A DNA stretch of 64,000 bases from Lama guanicoe (taxonomy: Eukaryota). Both the position numbers and the translations under genes were made by a program. Below the pieces are notes generated by a model. It saw only the letters and a program-made list of their open reading frames with translations. It made no database searches and was not told the DNA's origin. Positions 1 to 11,800 of this stretch are shown here, one piece after another; position 1 is the first letter of the stretch, and the number at the start of each line of letters is the position of its first letter. The DNA lies in the NCBI GenBank assembly GCA_013239625.1, contig MU054323.1, positions 7,181,220 to 7,245,219 on the forward strand. The letters run 5' to 3'.

Positions 1-387
1 ACTAGACAACTCAACTGTGGTACACATTTGCTTAGGAAAATGACCTCTAGGCTGCAGTCTTAGTTTTCAGTTACTTGGGACAGCAAAGAAGGAAACAGAA
101 GGATCCCACTCACTCTGTTGAGCTGGAATTTCATACTCCGGGAATTTAGAAATATAACACTGCAGAATATTAACAGTGGGAATAAATTATCTCATACTCC
201 TCTCCCCTGGACATATGATGAAACAAGAGCTCAGAGAGGACAAAGGAACTTGACAAGGTTCCACAGCCTATTGGTGTCAGAGCTGGGACTAGAACCCATG
301 ATCTCTCACCATGGCCAGTGCTCCTTCCCTGGTGAGCTTTCAACAGGAGAGGCTGGGCAGTGGGTGTCTCTAATTAGGAGTCTCTTG

Positions 388-525
388 GAGGGGAAGGGTA
401 TAGCTTAGTGGTAGAGTATGTTTCTAGCATGTACAAGGTCCTAGGTTCAATCCCCAGTACCTCTATTAAAAAAAAAAAGATAAATAAATAAACCTAGTTA
501 CCAAAAAAGTTTTTTTTTAAAAAAA
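388..525 (+). mobile_element. tRNA-derived SINE (Vic-1-like) in POMC intron 2
   Basis: A-box TAGCTTAGTGG, B-box GGTTCAATCCC, A-rich tail with AAACCTA(G/A)TTACC motif shared with other copies. Confidence 0.85.
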
Positions 526-796
526 GCCTGTTGGGTCTCTCTGCTCTAGGGCTCACAGAATTCCCTGGGTTCTTTGTTTCTATATTATGTTCCACATGTG
601 ATCTGTTCTGTTTCTGAGAAAGTCTCTCTCTTCACCTTAACTCAGCTTCTCTACTGACAAAACACACAGAATGTAGTGACTTATATTCCACCCTCATCAG
701 GCAGATACAGGCAGCAGGATGGAACTCAGTCCTGGGCTCCCGCAGTGTGTCCTCAGCCTTGAATTGGTATTGTTTCTCATTTATGCCTTCTAATAC

Positions 797-829
797 AAAT
801 ACACACACATACACACACATACACACACA
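797..829. repeat. (CA)n microsatellite
   Basis: ACACACACATACACACACATACACACAC. Confidence 0.85.
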
Positions 830-1300
830 GTGGTGACTGGGAGGGAGTTCCAGACTGGCACAAGGGCCTTTATATGCTTCTGGAAAGGCTGCAGAAGGTC
901 AGTCCTCCAAAAGAAGCATGAGACATTGGGCACCAGTCAGAGGAAAGTGGCACCTGGGTTTTTCCTTCTCCCTCTAGAGAGGGTTTTTGGTGCTACCTAG
1001 CTGGCTTTGTAACTGGTAGGAGGGAGAAAGGGAAGAAAAAATGGAATGGATATGGCAAGTGATATGAAGTTTTTTTAAAACAAATAATATGGGGGTGAAA
1101 AGATTGAAAATGTAGGATCAATTGAGAGAGAAATTATTAGTGTTGTTTATTTTAATAGGATTATCTCTAAATAGGTTAAATGGAGTGGGTCTCTATACAA
1201 GAAGACAGGGCAGGAAGTAAAGATAATCAAGCAGAAATTGAGGTCCAGACCCATCTCCCTGAAGCTGCTTCCTCTCTTCCTCAGCCCAATTCTGAATTCA

Positions 1301-1666
<366 letters not shown>

Positions 1667-4600
1667 TCATCAGGAAGGACCCTGAGCCAACATTAACAAT
1701 ACACTCACTTGTGGAGCTCAAGGGTTTTTGAGGACAAGAGCAGCTCAGGGAGCAGGTTGGTGTGCAGGGTGGTTGTGTGACTTGTGGTAGAGAGGAGGGC
1801 AGTGGGACCTGGGTAAATTATGTCCAATTTCCCCCTTTATCACCTATGAAAAATCAGACCCCAAAGGATATTAGGGCTGAAGACTATTTTAGGAGTCATT
1901 TGCTCTGGCCGCCTAATTGAGAAATGAGGAAACTGAGGCCCAGAGAGAGACAATGACTTGGGTGTTTATGATGAGGTAGGCTAAGTTCTCCTGTTACCAG
2001 CACAGAGCTTTTCCATTTCATCATCTTCAGGAAGCTATAGTTCTAACACTCTAGATCTAAGGAATAACTTGGGAAAGACAAAGGACTCTGAAACTCCTGC
2101 TCAAGATGATCTGCTTCTCGTCTACCATGATTCTATTATTCCTCAGAAATTCATTTCCTATGAATTGTAGTTTTGTGTAAAGGCAAATAAAACCTCTGGC
2201 CAATTTAGCCAAAACATCAGCCAACCCCAGCTTGATGTCCTGTACACAAATCACTCAGGAGATCACTATTTCCCAGACCCCTGTAACCTTGGAGATACTT
2301 ATTTTTAAAGCAGATCCCCATTCTTTTAATACTGGCTCATCTTCTGAACACATTACATGTCAGACCTCCTCTTGTTCTCTAAGTCTCTCAAATGTAGTCT
2401 GAAATAGCTGGACTTGAAGGGATGGAAAGGAAGGGATGGTCACACAGAGCAGAAGGAAAGTACCTTTCACTGTGGACACCTACCAAAAATACTTTCTCAG
2501 AGAAGTCAGGAAGTACCTGTGGACAGATACTGAGCTCAAGAGGTCAGGATACAGTAAAGAGGGGAAGATAAATGCTGCCTTTTGCACCCTGTGCCCAACC
2601 CTTTCCCCAGCCCTTTAGCTGTCACACTGCCATGTCTGCCCTCATGCAGATCAGCCCTCTGAAATGACCCTGAGTTCTGTCATAAGCTCACAACCAACCC
2701 CACAATCATTTTGGATTTAAGATATTTTCAACCAGCTGTTAGGAAGAAACCTAATTAGATAAGAAAAGTAATTCACATTAAGGTGTAGATGACTAATTGT
2801 CTCTCCTAGTTTAAAAATATTTGCCTAAAGAAATCTCATATTTGTGGAGGCAGGGGCCAAATCTTTTTTATAGGGAAGGCTTTGGAAGTGAAAGTTTCCC
2901 CTGGCTCTCATTGTTTACTTCAGGAAGCCACTTCCTTCTCTCTGTCCCACCCCACTCCTTTGCCAGCTCAAGGCTCCTTCTGAATGGTTGTCAGGCACTG
3001 CCTGTTTTTGGAGCAGCCATTAGGTGGTGCTGGCAGCCAGGGAGCCAGCCCATCAGCATCTCAGGCTGAAGGGGCCGCTGGGGGAGCATTGGTCAACCTA
3101 GTGACCAGGGAGAGGCTGCTCCTGTTGTAGATTTTTGGTGCTTCAGTTCAAGTGTGAAGCATGAATTTGGTGGCCAAAGCAATTTATATTAAAGCTCTGA
3201 GACCACACAGCACATTTCAGTGAGAAAAAAAAAATTCCAAGATTTTCAAGAGAAGCAGAAAAAGGGTAGCTTTTTATCACTGTAGGCAAGTGTAAACTAA
3301 CATATTACTAGAGAAAGTAGTAAAATCATACAGGTCTGACAGTCCCCTCAACTATATTTCAATTCTCCTCAAAGTTGGCCATTCTGGAATGATTTCCATT
3401 TTCTAAAAACCTACCTCATGATTTCAGGCCTTCCTGAAAAGCCTCAGAGAGCATTTTCTCTCCTCCCCATTGGCTAAGTTGTACAACATGCTAACATTCT
3501 CACTCCCCACCCTCTTAGAGCTGCATTCTCCTGCTAAAAAGTTAGATAGCTTCCTGAAAGTAACTTGTTTTCTTTCTGCTTATGTGTATTTTCTATTTTT
3601 CTACAATAAACAAATATTACCTTGTGTCATTTTTTAAAGCAATAAAGTAATGGGGAGATGTCAAGTGTGCTTTTTGTAAGTAGAGTGACCAATAATTGAA
3701 AGACTGGAAAAATAAACAGAAATTTGTTATTTGCCAATCTTGACAGTAACTTTATATACACTTATTAGAACTTCATATGTATAGGTGAATTCTCTATGAG
3801 CTAAACAAAACGCTTTGTTTGTTACTCTAAAATTACACATCGACCATGCCCTTCCATAGAGATTAGAAGAGCAGAGGTGCAGAGTTTTGTCCTTGCACCA
3901 TGACACACATGCATCAAGTCCCAAAGCAAAATGTCAAAGGAATATTAAGTCATTAAATAAGCCATAATCTGTACATATCTTAACAATGGACACAACAAAT
4001 GCACACTTTTACTTTTCTTGCTTCTTCCAACTGTTCTGTGAGAACCACCTCCCCATTTATACATGAAGAATTTGGGAGATCCACATGCTCTGCTGACTCT
4101 CCCTGCCTCAGTGGGAACTCACCCCACCTCCACTTCGCCTGAGCCTCCATCAACTCCTGCAGCTGCTTCTGACCTGCTAAGGTCTGTGGGACAGAAAGTT
4201 CATTCTGCGGTCCTATGGAGGGCAGTGTCAGGGTGGTTCAGGACCGTGGACAGTTCCCATGCGGGCTACCTCTTTTTAACACCCGCTGGTCTTGTGATGG
4301 AGACTGTCAGTATCACAGCGCAGCCACGTCGGGTGGGCTAAGGTGGTCAGGGAAACGAGGATTCGGGGATCTGAATCCAAAAAAGTCTGGAAAGCAGGGA
4401 GTTTATTGTGACTTTTAGCCTTTTCTCTTCTGCCCCCATTTCCAATATTAATTTACATTAGAGCATATGGTATCTTTTAAGAAGTGACATCTACCCAGAA
4501 GATCAGAAGACCCGAAAGACTGGGTCTCCCGAGATCTCCCCAGAAGGCGATAGGACTCTCAGGGGTCCTAGCAGCCGCCCTCCCCCTGGGAGATGCGGCC

Positions 4601-4834
4601 ACCAGCCCCTGGAAGGCATCACTTTCACGATCACAGACGCTCTCCCACCGTTTGGAGGCTGGCGCTCGGCGCTCCCCTGCCGGCTTCTTCTCCAGTACAG
4701 AGTTTTCAAAGAACTAAAGACCGCGCGAGCCAAAGGCGCCTGAAGTCCGCGATGGAAGCTGGGGAAGAGCATCCCGAGGCCCCGGAGCAGGGATTCCGGA
4801 GATAAGACGAGGTTCCGCGCCGCTGCGCCCTTAC

Positions 4835-4945
4835 CTTTCGCGGGGAGGCTGCTCTCGGGGCGACTCCCGCTGCACCACGGTGAGGATTCTCGGTGACCTC
4901 TCGGTCACTTTTCTTTCCCTCTTTCTCTTCCTTCGCACTGCCTTG
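4835..4945 (-). other. POMC: POMC non-coding exon 1 (TSS approximate)
   Basis: Donor AAG|gtaagg after 4835. Purine-rich leader ~25-30 nt below the TATA box. CpG-rich context. Confidence 0.85.
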
Positions 4946-4968
4946 TCCTGCTCCCTTCTCCTCGGTCC

Positions 4969-4975
4969 TTATATA
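4969..4975 (-). promoter_or_regulatory. POMC: POMC TATA box (TATATAA)
   Basis: Minus strand CAAGTATATAAGGAC, the conserved POMC core promoter context. Confidence 0.92.
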
Positions 4976-5238
4976 CTTGAGGGGCGCTGGACTTGAAGTT
5001 CCCGGCAGCTGCAGCGTGACAGGCAACTCCCCCCGTCCGTGGAAAGGGGGGCCGTGGGGCGCAGGAGGGGGTTTTCCAGGTAGGGGCTGAGCGCAAGGGC
5101 AGACATGCCCGGAAAGAGGCTGAATCTATGCCCCCGGAGGCTGGAATTAACACCGTCCTGCAGAAGGGCACACCTGGTAGCCTTCTGGAAAGAATTTAAT
5201 TAAGGATGATTTGGGGACCTCAGTTAGGACGAGCGGGA

Positions 5239-5262
5239 GGCTTAGCACCCCTGTGTGGGGCA
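5239..5262 (-). promoter_or_regulatory. POMC: POMC Tpit/Pitx composite element
   Basis: Minus strand CCCCACACAGGGGTGCTAAGCC: T-box-like half-site next to Pitx site TAAGCC (5239-5244), ~300 bp upstream of TSS as in other mammals. Confidence 0.85.
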
Positions 5263-5328
5263 GGCCTAGTGCGTCTGCTGAGGTCGTTGAGGAGAGAGTG
5301 AAATTACCTATGTGTGTACTTGAGCTGG

Positions 5329-5362
5329 CATCTGCCTCCTTCACATTTGTCTGTAAATATCG
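5329..5362 (-). promoter_or_regulatory. POMC: POMC distal promoter NurRE-like element plus NeuroD E-box (CAGATG)
   Basis: Minus strand CGATATTTACAGACAAATGTGAAGGAGGCAGATG at ~-400, resembling the rodent NurRE TGATATTTACCTCCAAATGCCA followed by E-box neuro. Confidence 0.8.
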
Positions 5363-7692
5363 CTGCCAACGGAGTACATCTGAAATGCCTCAGATTTCCC
5401 CAATGTCTGGAAATTGTGATGTGAAAATGTCACAGGGAATCATAATCCCTCTGTTACAGGTTGAAGGGGCTGGGGGCAGAGAAGGTCAGGAGTCATTCAG
5501 TTGAGGCCAAGACAGATTGCCTTCTTGGGGGTGTGAAGGGCCTAGTCCAGGGCAGGCTCCCTCCTCTGCTGCACACCCCAAGGAAAAAGTGCTGTTAACC
5601 TTAGCATATTAATGGGGGAAGAGGGAGTCCTCTGTGAAGAGCAGCTGAAGTATTTTGCCTGGGACCTCTGATCCCTCCCTGTGCCAGTGAGCTGGCAGAG
5701 TGGTGTGGGGACTCTCAATCTTCTCCAAGTCTGCTCTTGGAGTTCTGGCTTGGCTCTAGTCCCACGTGTCAGGACAGGGAGGAGAGGACAGGACTCATAC
5801 CTGCAATGGAAGAGTAAAGAAGCAAAAGTAAATTGTGACAAGTGGTGGGGGTGGGAGGGAGAGCTGGAACTAAACTGAACTTCAAATCAAGGTTCTTGTT
5901 TAATCTATCACTTGCAGGAACTTTCCTTATTCCCAATCAGAAGTTCTTTTGGACTCCAAGACTCCCTTGAGAATTTCTGGTTGGTGACATTGGCTTTATA
6001 TTCAGCAATTCTTTCCTTTCGGGCCACAGGAGAAATTCAAGCTCCTTAATAGCAAACAAGGTACTTTACTACCTGGCCTTGCCTCTCTCCAGGGTCATCT
6101 CCCACCTCTCTGTCTTGCATCCTGGCATTTCAACCATCCACAACATTCACATTCCCATGAACACTATTTTCTAGAGCCTCCATCTCTTTGTCTATGTTAT
6201 TCCACCAACAAAAACACTCTTCCTCCTTCCAGGCACCTGGGAAAATTAAACTCTTACATTAAGATTTGGCTCATCTGTCATCACCTGTTCCCCAATGCCC
6301 TTTTTGGTCACTGGTCCTACCAGGGCATAAAACTCATCCTTCTCTGTTTTGCCAGGAACCCCATTCCCATCTTATCTGTTTACATGATGTTCACTGCTGG
6401 AACCAATTCCACTCTGTCTTCCATCTTCCCTCTTCCACTCACTCCTGCCTCTACCACTGCCAGGCTTAAGAGCCCTCTCAATCAGATTGTGATTTTATTT
6501 CATTTTTCTCTGTATTATTTGTATAACTTTAAGAGGCAGCTGATGGTACCAGAAAAGCCCCACCAGGAAAAGCTCAGACTGACCCAGCTTCTGTCCTCTT
6601 CTGTCAGCTGAGTTCTTAGTTATATGAAGTAGAACCAACTTGGGCCAATGTGAACTGAAAAGCCATTGATTACATTTAGAATCACTGGGCAGGTTGGCAA
6701 CCAGGATCCAAAAGTGGGCAGAAATAAAAGGTGGCTGGAATCATGGCCAAAATCAGATCACTGATTGGATTCAATGAGAAAGAAAACCAAACTACCACTG
6801 GGAACAAGAGGTCACAAGTCACACTGTCAACACCACAGGCACTGGACGTAGATGTCACTTCTATCCCCAGGTTGGGAGGTTGCCGTTCCCACTTTGGCTA
6901 ATATCACCAGAAAGGACTGACCACTGCCCTTGCTTCCTTGTATCACTAGCTCCTCTTTGAAAGCTTGGAGCTGGTGCCTCTGATTGTCTGACATGATAAT
7001 ATGATTTTCCCCTTTATTCTGATAATGTGGTGAAATACACTGCTGATTTTTAGTGTTACAGCTACCATGCATTCCTGAATTGAGCCCGATTTGATTGTGA
7101 TGTGCTATCATTATATAGCATTGGGTTCAATTTGCTAATATTTAATATTTTTGCAGCCATTCTTATGAACTCGGCCTGCAATTTTCCTTTCTTGTAGAAT
7201 TCCTGTTAGATTTCAGTATCAAAATTATGCTGTCTTCATAAAACAAGTTTGAAATCCTTCTGCCTACTCCTATTTTTTTTTAATATAATTTAGTAGAAGA
7301 ATTTGTATGCAGTGGTGTTTATCGCTTCCTTAAATGTTTGAGATGATTTATTAGTGATGCCACTTGGTCTTTATGGTTGTTTGCTTGTTAATGGTTTTAA
7401 ATTACAGACTCAGTTACTTAATAGCACTATTTCAATTGTCTGTTTCTTCTTGTGTCAATTTTAGTAAGATATGTATTTCTAGGAATTTGTCCATTTTATC
7501 TAAGTTTTTCAATTTATTGGCTTAAAATTGTTTATTATATCTTATTATCTTCTTAGCATCTATGGAATCTGTAGCTATGGTCCTCTTGTATCTCTGATGT
7601 TGGTAGTTTATGTTCTCTCTCTTTTTTCTTGACTCGTTTTTCTCAGGGGTTTATCAATTTTATTAGTATTTTTTTAAAAATGAATTTTGAAT

Positions 7693-8308
7693 TCGAAAAG
7701 ATACATGTACCCCAATGTTCATAGCAGCACTATATGCAATAGCCAGGCATGGAGACAACCAAAATGTCCATCGACAGATGACTGGATAAAGCATTTATGG
7801 TATATGTATACAATTGAATACTAGATACTAGTCAGTCACAAAAAACAATAAAACAATGCCATTTTGCAGCAACATGGATGGACCTGGAGATAGTCATTCT
7901 AAATGAAGTAATCCAGAAAGAGAAAGAAAAATACCATATGATATCCCTTATATATGGAATCTAAAAAAAAGACAAATGAACTAATTTATAAAACAGAAAC
8001 AGACTCAGACATAGAAAACAAACTTATGGTTACCAGGGGAAGAAGAAGGTGGGAAGGGATAAATTGGAGTTCAAGATTTGCAGATATTATACTATATATA
8101 AAATAGATAAACAAGTTTACACTGTATAGCACAGGAAACTATATTCAATATCTTGTAGTAATGATACAATGAAATAGAATATGAAATGTAGTATACATAC
8201 CTATAGTGAAAAAGAATATGAAAATGAATATATGTATGTATATATATGCCTGAACTCTTATGCTGTACACCAGAAATTGACACAACTGGCTATACTTCAA
8301 TCAAAAAA
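7693..8308 (+). mobile_element. Younger 5'-truncated L1 3' end
   Basis: CCCAATGTTCATAGCAGCAC...GCAACATGGATGGACCTGGAG...A tail; TSD GAATTTTGA (7682-7690, 8309-8317). Confidence 0.88.
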
Positions 8309-8732
8309 GAATTTTGATTTTGTTGATTTTTCTTTACAGCATGCACACCTTTTTCTATTTCTTAAATTTCTACTCTTATTATTATTTCTTGCCTTCTAAT
8401 TTCTCATTAGCTATTCTTCTATTCTCTTGAGTTGGATATTAAGTAAATGCTTTTACTCAGATAATTAATATTTGACCTTTATCCTTTTGACATGTGTATT
8501 TAATGCTATAAATTCCTTTCTAAATATAGTTCCAGTTGCATCTCATAAGTTTTGATATGTTATATATATTTTTTTATCATTTAGTTTAAACTATCTTCTT
8601 GTTTTCATTGAGATGTCTTCATTGACCTGTGGGTTATTGGGAAGTGTTCTGTTTTCAAACTTTGGGGATTTTCTAGTTATGTTTTGAAACTAAAGTTTAG
8701 CATAATTCCTCTGTGGTCAAAGAACATACTCT

Positions 8733-9043
8733 CTTTTTTTTAATTTAAGTATAGTCAGTTTACACTGCGTCAATTTCTGGTGTACAGCACAATACATCAG
8801 TCACGTAGGAACATACATATATTTGTTTTCATATTCTTTTTCACCATAAGTTACTGCAAGATACTGGATATAGTTCCCTGTGCTATATACTATAAATTTA
8901 TTGTTTATCTATTTTATATATATTAGTTAGTCTGCAAATCTCAAACTCCCAGTCTATCCCTTCCCATCCTCTTCCTCCCCTGGTAACCGTAAGTTTGTTT
9001 TCTATGTCTGTGAGTCTGTTTTTGTTTTGTAAATAAGTTTGTT
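8733..9043 (-). mobile_element. Younger 5'-truncated L1 3' end, antisense
   Basis: Reverse complement of the 3' part of the 7693-8308 element; TSD GAACATAC (8722-8729, 9044-9051). Confidence 0.85.
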
Positions 9044-9930
9044 GAACATACCCTTTTTGATTTTAGTCCTTTGAAATTTTGAGGGACTGTTTAAAGGATG
9101 AACATATGGTCCATTTTGATTAATGTTTTAAGTACATGTCAAAAGAATATATATTCTATGATTGCTCAAATATTCTATATCTTTTCTATACCTATATCCT
9201 TTCTGATTGTCATCTTATTCTATTAGTTACTAATAGATGTACGTTTTTTAAATTTCCGCATTATTTTGTGAATTTAGCTACTCCCCACTTTGGTTCTGGC
9301 ATAAAAACAACTCTTTACAGAAATCCAATGGTAAATGTAGGGCAGTGGTGGAAGGTAACAGAGGACCCAGGATAAAGACAGCAGAACGGTGCTGGAGCAT
9401 GATAGGAATAGGATGCTGACAGGAATAATCCAGTGGAGGAGGGGAAATTGATGCTGCAGATGGGAGTGGGAAAAACCAAATAACCCAAGTCTTTAGAACT
9501 GAGATGGGGTCCAGAGGAAGAACCTGGCTTCCAAACAGTGGAGGGCCTTCCTCTTCCAATAAAGAAGGAGGTGCAGACGCAGGAGACTTGTAGGATAAGC
9601 CATGTAAGATGAATGACTTCTGTTTGTACCAAAGCCTTTAACTTTAAACCCAGAATTTTCTGGAGATTATCCTGAGGAAATATCTAGCAGTTATTGTAAA
9701 CATAGTTCAAGATTACTCATACAACATTGTTTATAGTAGCAGTAAAATGAAATCCACTAAACGTCTAGGGTGTAATTATAAAAGCAGTAGAGTGTACTTA
9801 TTAAAATTATGATAAAGCTAATCAACAGAATACTTTGCAGCCATTCAAAATAATGTAAATGTTTATTTTTCGACATAAAAAAATGACCACTGTGTTTGTT
9901 AAAGGAAGGAAATATGATAAAACATAGATA

Positions 9931-10141
9931 CACGGTTAACCCTTGAACTGCATGGATCCACTTATACTCGGAGTTTTTTCAATAAATGTGTGGTACAGTA
10001 CTATGTGATCACGGTTAGACCATGGGTGTGGGACTGAGGATAGGGAGGGCCTGCCAACTGTGGGTCTTGAGCATCTGGGAATTCTAGTATCTGTGACGAG
10101 TCTTGAAACCAATCTTCCGCATATTCAGAGGGATGACTGTA
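9931..10141. mobile_element. TcMar-Tigger-type MITE (MER8/Tigger2a-like)
   Basis: Ends CGGTTAACCCTTGAAC...GAGGGATGACTG-TA; internal GGATCCACTTATAC...TTTTCAATAAAT. Confidence 0.65.
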
Positions 10142-10199
10142 AATGCAGATAGAGAAAGAAATAAGAATAGAGGAAAAAAGATACCAAAGTGTTAATAAT

Positions 10200-10700
10200 G
10201 GCTGTTCTGGTTATTTAATACTATCACAGACTACCCCAGAAACGTGGTGGTTTTAAACAATAACACTTATTTTGCTAGATTCTAGTCTTTTTTTCAATGG
10301 TTGTTCAGGAGTCAATTGTGGTTTTGTTGTAGTTGTGAGGAGAGGCGAGCTCGTGGTCCTACTGCTCCACCATCTTGACCAGAAATCCTAAACAACACTT
10401 GTTTTGCTCATGCACCTGCAGTACAGGCAAGGTTTGGCAGAGCCAACACGTCCCTGCTCTACTTAGCATCAGCTCAGGCAGCTCAAAAGCTGGCACCTTT
10501 AATTATCTGAAGCCACTCACTCACATGACTGGTTCCTGGTCTGGGAAGACTCAGCTGGGGGCAAGAAGACTGGGATGCTTGTCCTGAGACGCTTGTATCT
10601 CTGTGCAGCCTTGCCATGTGACCTCTTCAGCATGGTGGCCTTAGGGGAGCTAGACAGCTTACACACAGGCTCAGGCCTCTCACGCTTCCATCTGGGGGTG
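10200..10700. mobile_element. MaLR (MLT1-like) LTR remnant, interrupted at 10277-10393
   Basis: ACTACCCCAGAAACGTGGTGGTTTTAAACAA...TTTTGCTCA signature. Confidence 0.55.
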
Positions 10701-11629
10701 ATTAGATCTGCCAGGTGGAGGGGGGTGGGTGGTCAACAAGGGCTTCGCAGAGAAGGGGATGCTGAGTTGGGCTGAGCCTTGATAAAAAAGGGCACCAGGA
10801 GGAAGAGAGGAAAGGCATTCCAGGCAGAAGGAACAGCATTTCCAAAGGGCTCAAGACAGGAAAAACCTTATATTCATGGAATGCTGGTGCAGGTGGTAGA
10901 GGGGGAGAAAGAAGACTGGAAAGAGTCGGGGGAAGAGGGGAGGAGGTGGGGACCATTTAGGGACTGAGTTAGAGGAGCCCCAGGATCAGCTTTCTGCGGC
11001 AGTGAGGAGGATGATCAGAGGTGGAGCCTGGAGACAGCAGGGGTGGTCAGAGTCCCAGTGCTCTGCTCCAGAGCCTGGAGGCCAGTCCAGCCAGCGGTGG
11101 GAGCAGTGACATGGAAGACGAGACAGAGGCAGTTTCACGAAATACTAAAGAGGCGGCATCAGTGTCGGGGAAGGAGTCACGGACACGCCCCAGTCTGAGG
11201 TAGACATGGCTGCATGGCTGGCACAACGTGGCGTCACGGTTAGGAGCACAGCTCTGGGGCCAGACGGCCTGGTCCTAACCTTGCTCAACCACTGCCCTGC
11301 TGTGTGACTGCACAGATTCCCAGCTTCTCTGTGTGAGTTGTCCCATCTGTGAGATGAGGGAAACGACTGCACCAGTCCATGTGGCTGCCAGGTGGAGGAA
11401 GGGAGGTGAAACCGTAAAGACCTTAGAGCAGGGCCTGGCCTCTGGTTAGCCCTTATCCTTATGGTGACGGTGACGGAAGTGCTGGTCCCAAGAGAGCCTC
11501 CTGGAGTGGAAGGAAGGTGGGAAGGAGAGGAGGGAGGCAGGGAAGGAGGGGCAGGAGAAGACGGGAACAGACAGGAATCTTTGGACAGAGAGCTGATGCT
11601 TCGTTGGTGGGGTGGGGGATTGACTGCGA

Positions 11630-11800
11630 GAAATCCTGGGGCTGAGGTGACGCACTCACACCTGGCTGTGGGCGCTGGGCCAGGGCCGCTCTCGTCACCC
11701 CAGCTTTTCACCTTTGAGGGTTTAATTGGAAAAGCGATGTCACCAGGGTGTGAGTGCGTTATGAAGACAGGTGTGGAGGCAGCCTCCGCGGGGGGAGGAA
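11630..11800. promoter_or_regulatory. POMC: Candidate POMC -7 kb pituitary enhancer with palindromic Tpit/T-box element
   Basis: TGTCACCAGGGTGTGA (11738-11753; 12/16 match to T-box palindrome TCACACCTAGGTGTGA), extra half-site TCACACCT (11656-11663), TAATT homeodomain core. ~6.8 kb upstream of TSS. Confidence 0.7.

Larger units (their letters stand above)
4480..5110. promoter_or_regulatory. POMC: CpG-rich island over POMC promoter/exon 1/intron 1 start
   Basis: Dense CpG and high GC relative to CpG-depleted flanks. Confidence 0.8.
7000..9280 (-). mobile_element. Old L1 ORF2-region remnant interrupted by two younger L1 3' ends
   Basis: T-rich antisense L1 signatures (TCTAGGAATTTGTCCATTT, TTTTCTAGTTAT); continuity across inserts. 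Confidence 0.75.

Noticed and set aside
3090..3107. TGGTCA-acctag-TGACCA inverted repeat resembling an ERE in POMC intron 1
   Set aside because: Spacer is 6 nt rather than 3; no other support.
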